This document shows, one piece after another, positions 39,980 to 53,022 of a stretch of DNA of 64,000 nucleotides. The stretch's first letter is position 1, and every line of letters begins with the position of its first letter. A model generated the notes under the pieces. The model searched no databases. It worked only from the letters and a program-made list of their open reading frames with translations, and was not told where the DNA came from. The DNA is taken from assembly GCF_036971445.1 (NCBI RefSeq), contig NC_091470.1, positions 341,620,001 to 341,684,000 on the forward strand, in the 5' to 3' direction. The position numbers were made by a program, and so were the translations under genes. This DNA comes from Narcine bancroftii. Lineage: Eukaryota.

Positions 39980-40365
39980 AGACCAAAAGACATAGGAGCA
40001 GAAATAGGCTATTCAGCCCATTGAGTCTACCCTGCCATTTAATCATATCCCCATTCAGCCCCACTGCCTGACCTTCACCCCATAATCTTTGATGCCCTGG
40101 TTAATCAAGAAGCTATCAATCTGTTTTAAATAGCTACAATGGCATCAAATTCCACCCTCAAGCTGAAAAAAATTCCTACGCATTTATGTTCTGAGCAGAT
40201 GGCCTTCAATCCTGAACTTGTGTCCTCTTGTTCTAGAGCTATGGGAAACAACCTTTCTACATCTACTCTGTCCATGCCCTGTCAATATTTGAAATGTTTC
40301 AATGAAATCCCTCCTCATTCTCCAGGCCAAGAGCTGTCAAACGCTCCTCATATGATAACTTGGAG
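39980..40365 (-). mobile_element. CR1 3' end
   Basis: ATAAGACCAAAAGACATAGGAGCAGAAATAGGCTATTCAGCCC, typical CR1 3' terminus in reverse. Confidence 0.75.
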
Positions 40366-43318
40366 CATGGCCCCTGAATATAAGCATAAGTAGATGATGT
40401 CTGCATACTGCAGCTTCATGACCAATGTTCAAGTGACCTAGATCCTGAGATGGAGATGTCAGAGGCTATGTCGTTTAATATTTGTTTTGTGGATTCACTG
40501 CAAACTAATGAAAGTTTATTTTATATGTAAATTTCTATATTTTGGTAATAGAATTAGAGCAGTAACATTGCTCAAATTAACCCACTGGGGTTTGATATGT
40601 AGGTTTACATGCCTTCATGTAATTATATATTTGCTACAGGAGACATCAGCGACCATGATTTAAGTAGAAGAAAAATCAATATTAAAGTTTGCTGATTAGC
40701 CTCGCTAACATGGAAAAAAACAGCCCACTAAAAGTGCTGAGTCTCGTTCTTTGTAATGCGTTGAAGGGTCACAGACTCAATGATCTCTTTCCACAGAGTT
40801 GCCTCAGTGCTGAAACTTTCCAGCATTTTCTGTTTTGTTTCAGCCAGCATTGAGCTTTGCTTTATTCACATTTGCAGAGGCTACAGATATTTTCAAGGCA
40901 TTTTAAAACTGTTAAACTTTAAAGTTTTGCATTTTTTTTTTAAATTTCTCTTAATCAGTCCTTTCCTCCTTTTCTTCCCTTTATTGTGTCTGCTTTGAAA
41001 ATGAACATCTCACTCCCCTGTACTTCCACTTCTCACACCAGCTTCTTCCATGGTGCACTCATCCACAGGAACTGCTCTTCTGAGTACTCTCTTCAACAGG
41101 ATTTCAACAATCCTAATTCCCTTGCATGTCTCACTTTCACCTGCTCGTAGCCAAAAATTAAGTTGTCCCCAGACCAACTGCAAAATAAACCTTTGATGTT
41201 CCAGCTGCTTGGGGGTTTTGGCACAATGTAAGAGACCTTGCCCCCCCCCCCTCCGCCCCCCCCACCCCATCTTGTGGTCCTTTCCTGCAAGCGCAGAAAT
41301 TAAATTAAATCAGAGAAACACAAGATCAAGATTATTGTCATCTGATTGCACAAGTACAACCCAATGAAACAGTGTTCTCTGGTCCTCAGTGCAAAATACA
41401 TAGACACACATCCAGCATAACGCACATGCAGACAAACAATATATAGGACAAGTAAAAACACAATCCTGGAGAAACTCAGCTGGTCAAACAGTGTACTTAC
41501 ATAGCAAAGATAAAGGACCATGCTTTGGTGAAGGGCCTTCCTGACAAGTGAGGAGATGTGTGTCCTACAGATGGACTATGGATGCTGAAATCTTAGGGAA
41601 TGAGTTTTTAAATATGATTTTATTTGTTATCAAATGCTCAGTACAAGCGAGAAGTGTTCTTTTGTAAACAGACTAACATGTTGTCTCTTTATCTCTAACA
41701 TTCATACAGTCGTTTAAAGAGCACCATTTACAGAGCATTGGAGGAGATGAAGACTCAATGGGTCAGGCATCATCTATGGAGAGAAATGGTCAGTCAATGT
41801 TTCAGGTCCAGTTTAAAGTGGGAAGGGGAATTAGTAAAGCAGAAGAGGGTGGGAAGATAATAGAGGCCCAAGGGGTGATAGGATACTGGACACATGAAGG
41901 TGGGAGTGGTGCAGAGAAGGAGTTCTTGTTTTTCACTCAAACCCACCCAGTGTCTCCTCTTGCCCCTCCCAGACCCCAGCCTTTTCATGCTTGCTATCTC
42001 CCCTTCCCACTCAGCAGGTTAAGCAACATCAGTGGGGGGAAAAAAAGAATGGCTGATACTTTGGGTCAGAAACCTTTCACAAAGACCAGGCTAAAATGAT
42101 GAAGTTCATCTAAAGGTTATGGAAGGCTTGTTCAAAGAAGCAGCACCAGGCATGACAAGCTTCAGTGGTTTAAGACCATCCATAACTTCCCAGAGCAGGC
42201 ACTGTGAGCCCAGGGAGAGCACAAAGACATGAAATGCAACCACAGCTGCCAAAGATGTCGCTTCTGACTCTGCTGCCTGGTCATGGTCAGAACCCAGAGT
42301 CTTATTCCCACCAGTCCACCTCCGACACCTTCTACAACTTGCTCAATTTTTCTAACTCCATCTCAGATAGGTAATTGCAGGTTCACAGATTCCCACTGCA
42401 CCAACACCCAGACAGAAAAAGAATTGTTTTCCGTGTGTTCACCTTCTGTCAAGTTTGATAGGACAATCTCCACTAGTCTCATACCTCCAATGAGTTGCTG
42501 GTACCATTCACACCTTCTTTGATTTTCCCTTTTCAACACTGGTGAGCTTGAGCCCCTTCCCAGAGCACTAATGGGTCTTTTGTTTGGGTGGGAATATTTT
42601 TGACAACTTACTTTGTCGTCAAAGTAAATATGTTTTGCGTATTACTCAGAGATGCTGGAATCTTGAGTAGGCAATAGCAAGACTGCATCCAAGGCTAGAA
42701 ATGACCAGAGGACATTTCAAGGTGGCGACCCCTTATCGAGATAGATTGTTTACTTTACACATTATTTCTTTATTACACCTGAGAAGTTTGTGTTTAGTCC
42801 TTGTACAAGTTCTCCTTGATTCCACTATGTGTCAGAATAAGAATCTGAATTTATTGTCATGAACAAGTCATCAAATTTGGTGTTTGGAGACCACATCAAT
42901 AGTGCAACCATTCATATAAACCACTTAGTCAAGGATAATCACTCCCTTTAAATAAATCTAACAATAAAGAACCCTACTGTTATTAAACTGTTTCCATGAT
43001 AAGAGACCCATTCTGACCATTGTCCTTTCCCAGACCAAGCTCATTGGCTGACCCCTGCACCATCAGACACTGCAACTGGCAGGCCTTTTCTAGAAGTGCT
43101 CAGTACTCTATGCAGCCACCCCTCTAATTGTGTCTTGCAGGAGGTAGATATCCCACACAAAATATTCAAGTCACTCTAACTATTAGGTTTAACGTGACCT
43201 CTAGTATCTACATTTATCCTTGCATCAAATCTCCCATCTATCTGCTTCTGCAGCTAAGCAAAATCTGCTAGAGGATCTCAACGAGACGACAGCATCAGTG
43301 AGAGAAAAAGGAATGGTC

Positions 43319-45544
43319 TGTAGCGGACCGAGCGACCGTGCAGTTAGACGGGCCGATTCACTGCCCCAGTCGGCCGACTGAAGATGGCGTGGGTCTCCAC
43401 TCCCAAGGTGAAGCCTGCAGTTGACGCCATGTGTTGCCCAGGGGAATTCCCCACTTCCAGGTGGCATACCGCCAGCCAGAGACTGACGTCGCAACGCACA
43501 GACATCACTTCCAGAAGCCGGCACAAATGTCACCAGAAGTGAGTGTTCCCTGAGGTGCAGCATGAGGAATTCAAATAGTTACTAGTTCACCCTCACACCG
43601 TGTGGACATCTTTTTATTCTGTAGCACTGCCATAGCAGATGCTACAGTGGTGACCCCGACAGTTCCACTGTTTTGAAACCCCCATCGAGCGTGACGGAAT
43701 CCAGGTTACTGCTACCATTACAGTCACAGAGGCTGTTAGAGGGAAGGATTTTCCCAACCTACACAGATCACAAACCACTCACCTATGCACTCAGCAAGGT
43801 CTCAGACCCATGGTCAGCAAGGCAGCAGCGTCACCTCTCCTACATGTTGGAGTATACCACAGATATTCGTCACGTCACAGGCAAGTCCAACATGGTGGCC
43901 GACGCATCATCCAGACTCACGATTGCCATAACCTCAGGAGGGGCTCGACATCGCCCAGCTGGCCAAGGACCAGGTGGAGGACGCGGATGTCCAGGCCTCC
44001 GGGACTGCCATTACCATCCTGAAGGTCAACAACTTCTGCCCCTCACCAGGAGGCCTGTCCCTACTGTGCGACATATCCACAGGATTCCCCAGACCCGTCC
44101 TACCTACAACTGGTGACGGCGGGTTTTTGACTAGATCCACGGTCTGTCCCACCCCTCCATAAAGTCCACTGTCCGCCTGTTGTCTGATAAGTTTGTGTGG
44201 TATGGCCTCTGCCAAGACATGACCCTGTGGGCTAAAACCTGTTTGTAGTGCCAATGCACCAAGATACACAGACACACCAAAGCTCCACTCCAGACTTTTG
44301 AACCGGCACAGCGCTGGTTTGAGCACGTGCACATAGACATTGTCAGCCCACTCCCCATGAGCCAGGGTACGTGGTATCTGTTCACAACAATTGGCCATTT
44401 TACCCGCTGGCTGGAAGCCATACCCCTACTCACGTGCTACACAGAGACGTGCCCCAGAGCTTTATTATCCAATTGGGTCGCGTGGTTCGGAGTCCCGACC
44501 CACATTATCTTAGACTGAGGGGTGCAGATCACTTCGTGGCTCTGGACGAACCTAACTAGGTTCTGTGGCAGCAAATTACACAACACCACAGCCTATCATC
44601 CTCAGGCAAATGGCCTGGTTGAGCGTTTCCACTGCCACCTTAAGGCAACTCTGAAATCTGACTACAAGTCCCAAACTGAGTGGACGAGCTCCCATGGGTG
44701 CACTTAGACATCTGTACACCACTAAAGGAAGATCTACCAGCTTCTTCCACTGAGATGGTGTACAGTTTCCCACTTACCATCCCAGGGAACATTCACTTCA
44801 ACACCCCCCCCCCCCCGCCCACAGCCCAGCTCCTTGGACATCCTCCAGAGGTTGAGGGTGCAAGCGAGTAAACAGGCATCTCTGCCACAGTCCCGACATG
44901 GCTCTCTAACCTACCACATCCCCGCAGACCTACAGTCCAATGACTACATCTTCTTGCGGAGAGGACAACAAGGAATGCCCCTACAGTGGCACTACAAAGG
45001 CTTATTCAAGGTGCTGCAGAGAAATGGTGTCATGTTTACACTGGGCATTGGCGGCCAACAAGACAGATTCACAATCGACCGCCTCAGGGCAACGCACCTG
45101 GATTCAGACCTTCTGGTCAGGTTAGGCACAGAAGCCGACCACCCAGAGACTCTAAATAACCTCCTCAGCAGGCGGCGGCGATTCGGGGGGAGGAGGCGCG
45201 GTGGTGTAACAGGCTGAGCCACCATGCGGTTAGACGAGCTGAATCGTTGCCCCAGTTGGCAGACTCAAGATGGTGTGGTCCCCCTTCACTCCCGAGGAGA
45301 AGCCCATGATTGACGCCATGTGTTGCCCAGGGGAACTCCCCGCTCTGGGTGGCGTTCTGCTGGCCAGAGAGTGACGCTGCGACATGCCGACGTCACTTCT
45401 GGAATCTGGCGCAGACGTCACCGGACTGGGTGTTCCCTTACGCACAGCGCGAGGAATTCAAATAATAAAGTCAGTTACTGGTTCACCCTCGCACTGTCAA
45501 AGGACCTCTTTTTATTCTGTAGCACTGCCGTAGCAGACACTACA
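43319..45544 (+). mobile_element. Two-LTR Gypsy element (CsRN1-like) lacking gag, protease and RT
   Basis: LTRs 43319-43646 and 45205-45544, 4-bp TSD GGTC, PBS 43648-43660, purine tract 45185-45204; interior holds only RNase H end (YTDHKPL...NMVADA) and integrase (HIDIVSPLP, TTAYHPQANGLVERFH). Confidence 0.92.
43648..43660 (+). promoter_or_regulatory. Primer-binding site, tRNA-Trp type
   Basis: TGGTGACCCCGAC one base after the 5' LTR. Confidence 0.85.
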
Positions 45545-46469
45545 GGTCAACATTTCAGGCTGGGACCCTTCATCGAGGCTTTCTTGGTGAAAGGCTCTGG
45601 CATAAAAATGCAGTTTATTTTTTGTACTACTAATTAGTGGCAATTCTGCTGTGCCCGCAGGGAAAAGGAATCTCAGGGTTGTATGTGATGTCATGTATGT
45701 GCTCTGACAATAAATCTGAAATCTAAAATCTAAAACATTATTCATCTCTGATGATATATTGAGTTCATTGCTGTATGCGTTGAACAATGTACACATGTAC
45801 CAAGATTCTTACTTGTAACTGAATTCTGATGCTGCCCAACCCACTGAGTTCCTCCATCTGATTGTTTTTTTAGCTTCAGATTCCAACATCTGTGGTCTGT
45901 GTGTTTCTGGTTCAGTATATTATTATCTTTGGGACCTTGCAGTGAACAAATTGTCTTTACAGAAGATTTTTCAGCACCCTGAAGTGGGTAAAACTCCTGA
46001 AAAAAAGCAGGAAATACTTCTGCTATTTATTCATGGTCTTCTTATCACAATTTTCAAGCAATGAGAGCTTCCTTCAACCGCAGAACAGATTGTCCTCAGA
46101 CAAAATCATTGAAATTTCCACCTGCCAATGGCTTAAGGGCTCCCCCTATAGTCACAATTCTGTGTATCAGGAGGCATAATGGATTGATGAAAACTGCAAA
46201 GAATCTAAGGAAAATGAGGCTGTGTTGGGGTTGTTTCGTTGGGATACAGAGTGGGGATTTGATTCAGAGTATAAAATTATGAAGGATTAGTCAATTGGAA
46301 GGAGCTATTTCCCTTAGCAGAGGAAACATAAATACAGAAAGAAATTACAATGCATCAGTTCTTTTAATTTTAAAAGAACTGATGTAAAGATTAGAGGAGA
46401 CTGAGAATTTTCATCTGGAAGGAGGTAGGAGTTTGGAACATGCAAACAAGGGTTAAGAAGTAGAAGTCC

Positions 46470-46945
46470 AGGAGATGAACCTCCAGGAAGGTGACCACAA
46501 CAGCAGACCAGCGAGGGGCTCAGTGGCTGAAAGACTCACAGAAGCTGCAGACTGCTGGAGACTGGTTCATGGGAAACAGGATTCAGGATTCGAGAGGGTG
46601 CTGAAGGCAAGATGGGCTCTTGAAGGGTCTCGGGTGCTGAAACCTTCCTGATGATATTGGAACTGGGACTTGGGCTGCCAACGAATTATACAAGTCTTGT
46701 GTGGCTGCAGAGGTTGTGTGAGTGCTGGGGGAGGGGGGGATGAGAGGTTTGAGGGTGATAGGGGAAATCCACCGACACTCAGTGTCTTGAAAGGGACTCT
46801 GTTGTTTCTCCTCTTATTGTTAAGGGTGCTGGGCAATGCTCTTGGCCTTTATGGCAGACAAAAGTTTAAGTATATCATGTATATATAACATTTTTTGTAT
46901 TATTACATGATAATAAAAGGAACCTTTGAACTTTTAACCTTTGAA
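46470..46945 (+). repeat. Unclassified non-autonomous retroelement with Rex1-like 3' tail
   Basis: Ends TATGGCAGACAAAAGTT...ACATGATAATAAAAGGAACCTTTGAACTTTTAACCTTTGAA, resembling the tail of the 5S SINE at 7944. Confidence 0.5.
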
Positions 46946-47369
46946 TTCATAGTCTGAGAGAACAGAAACTCTCATCAGTGGTGGGAAGGGAAGGTGGAGT
47001 GAGGTCAGGGGTTGCAAAGGAGGACTAAACAGAAGAAAATAGCTCCATTTAAGGCAGTAGAGTCGTGTGAGATTTTGGAGATAACCATTGGCGGAGTTTA
47101 TACTTGAAATAATAAACTATTAAACTAAAAATAAATTTTGAAAATGGAGGGAAGACAGATTTGAAAGCAACAAAATAAGAAAAAAACCCAGAAAATTATG
47201 GCAAAACAAAAGAGAAAAAAAGGGATAAGAACATGTAGAAGTTTAGCCTTTTACAGTATTATAGAACATCCAAAGAATTAAGGACTTTGTCGCAGGAGGG
47301 GAAGGCAGAGAATGGAGCAAAAAGTAAAAATGAGTGAGACAATAGGCCTTTCCAAGCAAGGAAAATGCT

Positions 47370-48707
47370 CGACTCTAAAGGTGGAGGTTCTCCTCCCTTA
47401 CGCCTAGAAGCTTACCTTTCTGAATGCACCGTGGCCAGCTCCGAGGAGCCAAATCCAACCCTTCTCGGAGAAGGATAATTGATGGTGCGCTGCGATCTGC
47501 CACCTGGCTTGAATGTAAAGCCACTGCAGTCGGCTGGTTAGGGGTGGGCTGATGACACCTTCAGCCTGTGACCTCTCTCCCCATTCACCCCTCTCCCTTC
47601 ATGATCCCCTCAAGGCAGGGGCAGCAGGCGGGAGTAATCAAGGCAGTGGAGGCTCGTGTGAGCCATCAGGGGGCGGCCGGTGTAGGCTGTGACAGCCTCA
47701 CCAGGCCGCTTTGGCCTTCAGGGCTGCTCTCTGTGGCTCAAAATGCGGCAGAGCAATGGCTGTCTCCCCTACCTCTCATTCCCCAAGCAGCTGGAACTGT
47801 TCTGGGAAACACAGAGTGGTTCCAGCTGCATGGGGGATTATGGGTAGGGAAGACAGCCGTTGCTCTTCCACATATTTATGACGGGTGGCACTACAGCACC
47901 ATTCACCCTGCCTCCATCGGATCCGGAGGGCACTATGAGGTTCCTCTCAACATGAATGCAACACTGGAGCAACCTTACAACCAACTGAAAAACCTCACAA
48001 AGATTAGCATATACAGAGCCGTTGTCATACCCACACTCCTGTTCGGCTCCGAATCATGGGTCCTCTACCGGCATCACGTACGGCTCCTAGAACGCTTCCA
48101 CCAGCGTTGTCTCCGCTCCATCCTCAACATTCATTGGAGCGACTTCATCACCAACATCTCGAGATGGCAGAGGCCGACAGCATTGAATCCACGCTGCTGA
48201 AGATCCAACTGCGCTGGGTAGGTCACGTCTCCAGAATGGAGGACCATCGCCTTCCCAAGATCGTGTTATATGGTGAGCTCTCCACTGACCACCGAGACAG
48301 AGTGCACCAAAGAAGTGGTACAAGGACTGCCTAAAGAAATCTCTTGGTGCCTGCCACATTGACCACCGCCAGTGGGCTGATATCGCCTCAAACCGTGCAT
48401 CTTGGCGCCTCACAGTTCGGCGGGCAGCAACCTCCTTTGAAGAAGACTGCAGAGCTCACCTCACTGACAAAAGACAAAGGAGGAAAAACCCAACATCCAA
48501 CCCCAACCAACCAATTTTCCCTTGCAACCGCTGCAACCGTGTCTGCCTGTCCCGCATCGGACTTGTCAGCCACAAACGAGCCTGCAGCTGATGTGGACAT
48601 TACCCCTCCATAAATCTTCGTCCGCGAAGCCAAGCCAAAGAGGGAAGATAAAAGGCAAATGTTAAGTTTTCCATCCGCACTTGTAGCCAGCCTTCAGGTG
48701 GAGGCCT
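47370..48707. mobile_element. GC-rich hairpin MITE, copy B, split by an RTE
   Basis: Hairpin 47752-47864; right end GTAGCCAGCCTTCAGGTGGAGGCC (~48683-48706) matches the end of copy C. Confidence 0.6.
47975..48642 (+). mobile_element. RTE LINE 3' fragment ~650 bp upstream of the foxh1 start codon
   Basis: Near-identical to 24883-25545. Confidence 0.95.
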
Positions 48708-49292
48708 GGTATGAAATGCCCAAATGATTAATAAAAGAAGAACTAGGAACAGATTCAAGGGGAGTGAAACCACATTTTAATTCCCCCAAATCAAGATAAA
48801 AGATTTAAAAAAGATAAGATTTAAAGGGATGGTCTCTGGAGGAGAGAAAGGTCAAAGAAACAGTAGTTGGGCAACATGTATATTTTTGAGTCAAAGAGGC
48901 GTTCATCATTTTTGTTGGGAATTCATTGTTTTTGGTGAAGCTATTTTTGTGTTTTGTTTATTATTAGAGCAACCTCTCTACCCCTTTAAAATGAGGAAAA
49001 CAAATTTTATCTGAAAATAGTAAAGAATTCTAGTTAACTTATTTAAAGTCATAATTAAGAATGCATTATTTGGTTAAAAAAAGACTGAAGAGGACACAAT
49101 TATGTGAAGCTCATTAACTCTATTAGGTTACCAAACTCTGCTATTCTTTAAGATCCCACTGCTGTATTAATTGACTAATCCCCATGTGTTAAGACTGATA
49201 ACACTTAAGATCATCATGCAAATGTTGATTGTCTTCTAAGAAAACAACTCTGGCAGCAGTCTATTGGTGTGGCTCTCCTAGTATTGATCAGC

Positions 49293-49757
49293 ATGAGAAT
49301 GAGCTGGGAAGCAGACGGATATGGGATGTTTCCAGCCCCGTCTCCAGCATCAGACAGAAACAATGTTCACCCTCCAAAGCAAGAATGGGGCAATACATTG
49401 GCTTTCCCTCTCCCTCCTGCCAAAGCTTCTCTGCTTGACTTCAAGCAACTGTGCTCTCCTAATCAGAGGGATTTTTCATCCCAAAGTCTGCATTTGGAAA
49501 GTCTGACCAACGCTCCAACGATGGAACCATTCTCTGATGCTGCCATCAGTAATATCAATGGCCCTTCAAGTCTGGTGCAGGAGAAAGTGGACACCAACTC
49601 TGCAGAGGACTGTGATGAAGAAAAACTAGGAGATGAGGCTGCACAACCTGTGAAGAAAAAGAACTACCAAAGATACCCTAAACCACCATATACATACCTT
49701 GCTCTCATCACCATTGCGATCCTTAATTCTCCAGAAAAGAGACTGAAGTTATCCCAG
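49293..49757 (+). CDS. foxh1: Forkhead box H1, coding exon 1 (155 codons; start ATG 49293 or 49299)
   Basis: ...[35 protein letters not shown] then donor CAG|GTATGT, phase 0, at the intron position known for vertebrate FoxH1. Confidence 0.92.
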
Positions 49758-49839
49758 GTATGTTTGGAACCACCTCATTTTAATTACTTTAAATACTGAG
49801 GGAATCTGACTAGTTTCTAAATGTGACATTTTTTTACAG

Positions 49840-49944
49840 ATTCTCCATGAAATCAGTGTCATGTTTCCATTTTTCAAAGGGCATTACAAAGGCTGGAAAG
49901 ATTCTGTCAGGCACAACTTGTCTCTAAATGATTGCTTTATCAAA
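49840..49944 (+). CDS. foxh1: Forkhead box H1, coding exon 2 (105 nt)
   Basis: Acceptor TTTTTTTACAG|; [35 protein letters not shown]; donor AAA|GTAAGT; 82-bp intron 1; the FPFF...Y.GWKDS signature is FoxH1-typical. Confidence 0.95.
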
Positions 49945-52754
49945 GTAAGTCTCCTTCTAACTATTTGTGGTGATTGCAGCCATACTGTAAAAGAGGTCTG
50001 AAGCCAGTGATTGATTGAAAGAACTTTGTTTGTCCTTGGTGCATAGAAACAAGGTTGGTTTCATGTTGGTTGTGCTTTTACTGTAAAGGTGTTAAGAGTC
50101 ACTATGTGTGGTCTTTCTCTTCTATGAATATTGGAACTGTGTATAAAAATCAGCATTAGAAATTTCTCTCATGCTTTTTACTTTACAGAGTGGTGAATCT
50201 TGTACAAGAAATTGTCAGTAATGATCAGATGGGGATAATCTTTGGGGAAAGTTTCTGACTTATAGCAGAGACATGAAGATGGATGATAAAATTTCCCTGG
50301 AATTTCTGTCGTTCTGATTTGTGAAAATTGTAGGGCAGCTGATGCACAATTTAAATCTTTAAATAAAGTAGATCTATTGATACCTTCCACATGTTTGCTG
50401 TGCATATTTGGGGAGTGCCATGGGTGGGGAGGGGGGGTAGGTGTGAATTACCATTCTCTGTGTTGTTTCATTAAATTCTTTAATTTTGCAAGTTTTGTAG
50501 ATTTTATTGCATGGGTGAAATCTTTAACTTTATATATTTAATAGAAGATATACTAAGAAAAGTTGGATATTTCTGAATTGGACCTGAAGTTTGCAATTGT
50601 TCTATTCATGATCCTTGCATGAATACACAGTAGTTGGTGCTCAGTACCAGTAGTGTGATTCATTAGTTGCAGTGCATGGTTCGGACTGAGTTTTGAGTGG
50701 ATTCTTGGAATACAAATAACAGATTGATCATCATGAATTATGCATTTGTGGCCCTGGGGTGAAGCAAGAAAGACTGCAGACACTGATTGTAGTTCAAAAA
50801 CAGAAATGCTGGAGGAACTCCTGAGACTAGTTTAATTGTAATTTCAAAATGGGAAATCTGTCCTGGAAAACCCTGTGAGCTTAATCAAATTGAAAACTGT
50901 GGCAACTTCCCTCAGACCACCTCAACATATGTTGATCAGATGCTGAAGCTTGTTCCTTCATCCCTCCCAATAAATTAGATTGCTTTTTCACCTCCCTCTT
51001 ACCATGACCTACCTAATTTTTTTTCTCACATTCCATGTATGTCCTTTTGATCTGCAGGATTTTGCAGTAGCAGGCTTTTGCGAGGGTCGGAGAAAGAGAT
51101 GGCATATTGCTAATGTAATGCACCAAGAATTATGAGCAGCACAAAGTTAGTGCTGGAAGCTGGTTTAAAAAACAAATAAACACATGGACGTTAGAAAAAG
51201 AGAGTTATGGGCATTGAGGTTGGGAAGGGGTAGATTAATATTGGGATATGTTTATACAGACCGGCACCACATTGTGTGAGCCGAAGAACCTGTGCTGCAC
51301 TGTATATGTATGAGGCAAGTTCTTTCCACTGAGTGGTAGGTGCCTGTAACATGCTGCCAGAGCAGATGGTACAGATAGATACAATAGTAATTTTAACAAG
51401 TAACAGACAGACCCATGAACAAACCGGGAATAGAGAAATATAAATATGGACCATGTATGTGTAGGCAGATGGGATTAGTTTGAATTGGCATCATGGTCAG
51501 AAGATCCTGTTCCTGAGCTGACCTGCTCAATGTTCTGTGTTTAAATACTGAGAGATTTCCAAAATTGAGTACAGGTAAGAAAAGCCCCCCCAAAAATGGA
51601 TTGTTAAACATCTGAAAGAGTAAATCATGAAACTCAGGTTGGCCTGAGAAACAGATTTAAATGTTTAAAGTTGATGACATTTCTCACAGCCATTTCTCAG
51701 CAGAATATTCCCAGCGCTTCCTGTATTTGTTTGGTTTGCATGCTTCTTTAGCCCAATTGCATGTACCACTCTAAAAGGATGAAAACCACCTTCTTTATCA
51801 AAAATCTTCAATATATTCCACTTGCATTAACCTACCAATGCAACTACAATTTTCCCTCTGGTGTAAAAAGAAGCCACAGTGCATTTTCTGTCAGGACATA
51901 CCAGTGAAGAAGAGATGGAATTGAATTCAGAATTCTGATATGAAATGGTTTCCTTTGTCCTCTGGTGTAAATTCCTTGTGCACAGCACACACCCGCAGAT
52001 TCCTTGCATTCAAACTTGCTTATAATCATTCATTGTTTAACTTTTAACTTCATGACCCTTAACACTCACAGTCTGTGCTCTTCATTTGAATTCCCCCACA
52101 ATCACTCAACTGCTGATCGGCAGTAACCTTGCCAGAAGTCAGTGTCTGGTTTGTTTAGCAAAAGTCTACGAATTGTTTTTTTTAATTGTATAGCTAGATA
52201 TGGTTTGGTATAATTTTTTTGTTTCATAAAATTTTAATATCCAGTGGATTGAATCGGGTATCATTAATAGCAGTGCCACACAAAATTTGCATAGCACTTT
52301 TAAGTTTGAAGTTGGAGAGAGAGCATGACACTTTGCAGAAGTCTGACTTGAATGCCCTTCCAAGTAAAAGTTAAAGAATGATCTAACTGATCATTTGATG
52401 AATGGTTAATATTCAATCAGTACCGAGTAAAATTGTTATTAACTTGTAAAATGTTTGTTTTCGTTCTTTATTGCATTGCTGAGAGCCTTATTAAATCAGA
52501 AGTTTGTTGTCCAAAGTATTTAACTATTCATGTTGACATTCTAACCAAGCAGGAACTTTGGTGTACAGTACTCCAATCCAGAGCTGCAGTTCCAGATACA
52601 ACTTATTATAGTTACCAACTTTTCTTTCTCTGGGAACATTACATGGGGAATGAGATCACCTTTTTCACAAATGAGGTGTAGAGTTCCTCTGTCAAGAAGT
52701 TCCCAGTCAATTCCAAGGACTTGACCACAAAATTCTACTTCAATTCCCCAGAGC

Positions 52755-53022
52755 AACTCTAAGGGTGTGATGCATTGTTACAGGTGCCTTTTGCTCATTT
52801 CGGGTGCTGGACAGATAGGAGTGAAAGATCCCATGATCCCATTCAAAAATGGGGTAAATTCTCTCTCCTGCTTCACTTAGAATTTTCAATATTAAGTGCA
52901 AATTGACGGATGTTTCCTATGCCAGAGTTGACTGCATTTCAAAAGAACTTAATTGACTGTAAAGAGCTTTGGCATGGCCCGAGGCCTTGAATGGATCTCT
53001 ATAATTGCAAGTCTTTCATTCT
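52755..53022 (+). mobile_element. SacSINE1/DeuSINE-like ancient SINE
   Basis: AAAGATCCCATG...GTGCAAATTGAC...TGTTTCCTA...TTCAAAAGAACTTAATTGACTGTAAAGAGCTTTGG...AATTGCAAGTCTTTC matches the Deu-domain and tail layout as recalled. Confidence 0.65.

Noticed and set aside
47568-48200. 210-aa ORF as a novel chimeric gene
   Set aside because: Chance read-through from the GC-rich MITE into an RTE fragment; GTG start and frameshifted end
49269-49799. 176-aa single-exon ORF as the full protein
   Set aside because: The GTG start and the [13 protein letters not shown] end are artefacts of reading into the 5' region and intron 1; splicing at 49757/49840 restores the forkhead domain
52780-52870. foxh1 exon 3 (TACAG|GTG acceptor and a nearby VKDP)
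   Set aside because: No KGNFW motif, and the sequence belongs to the DeuSINE-like repeat
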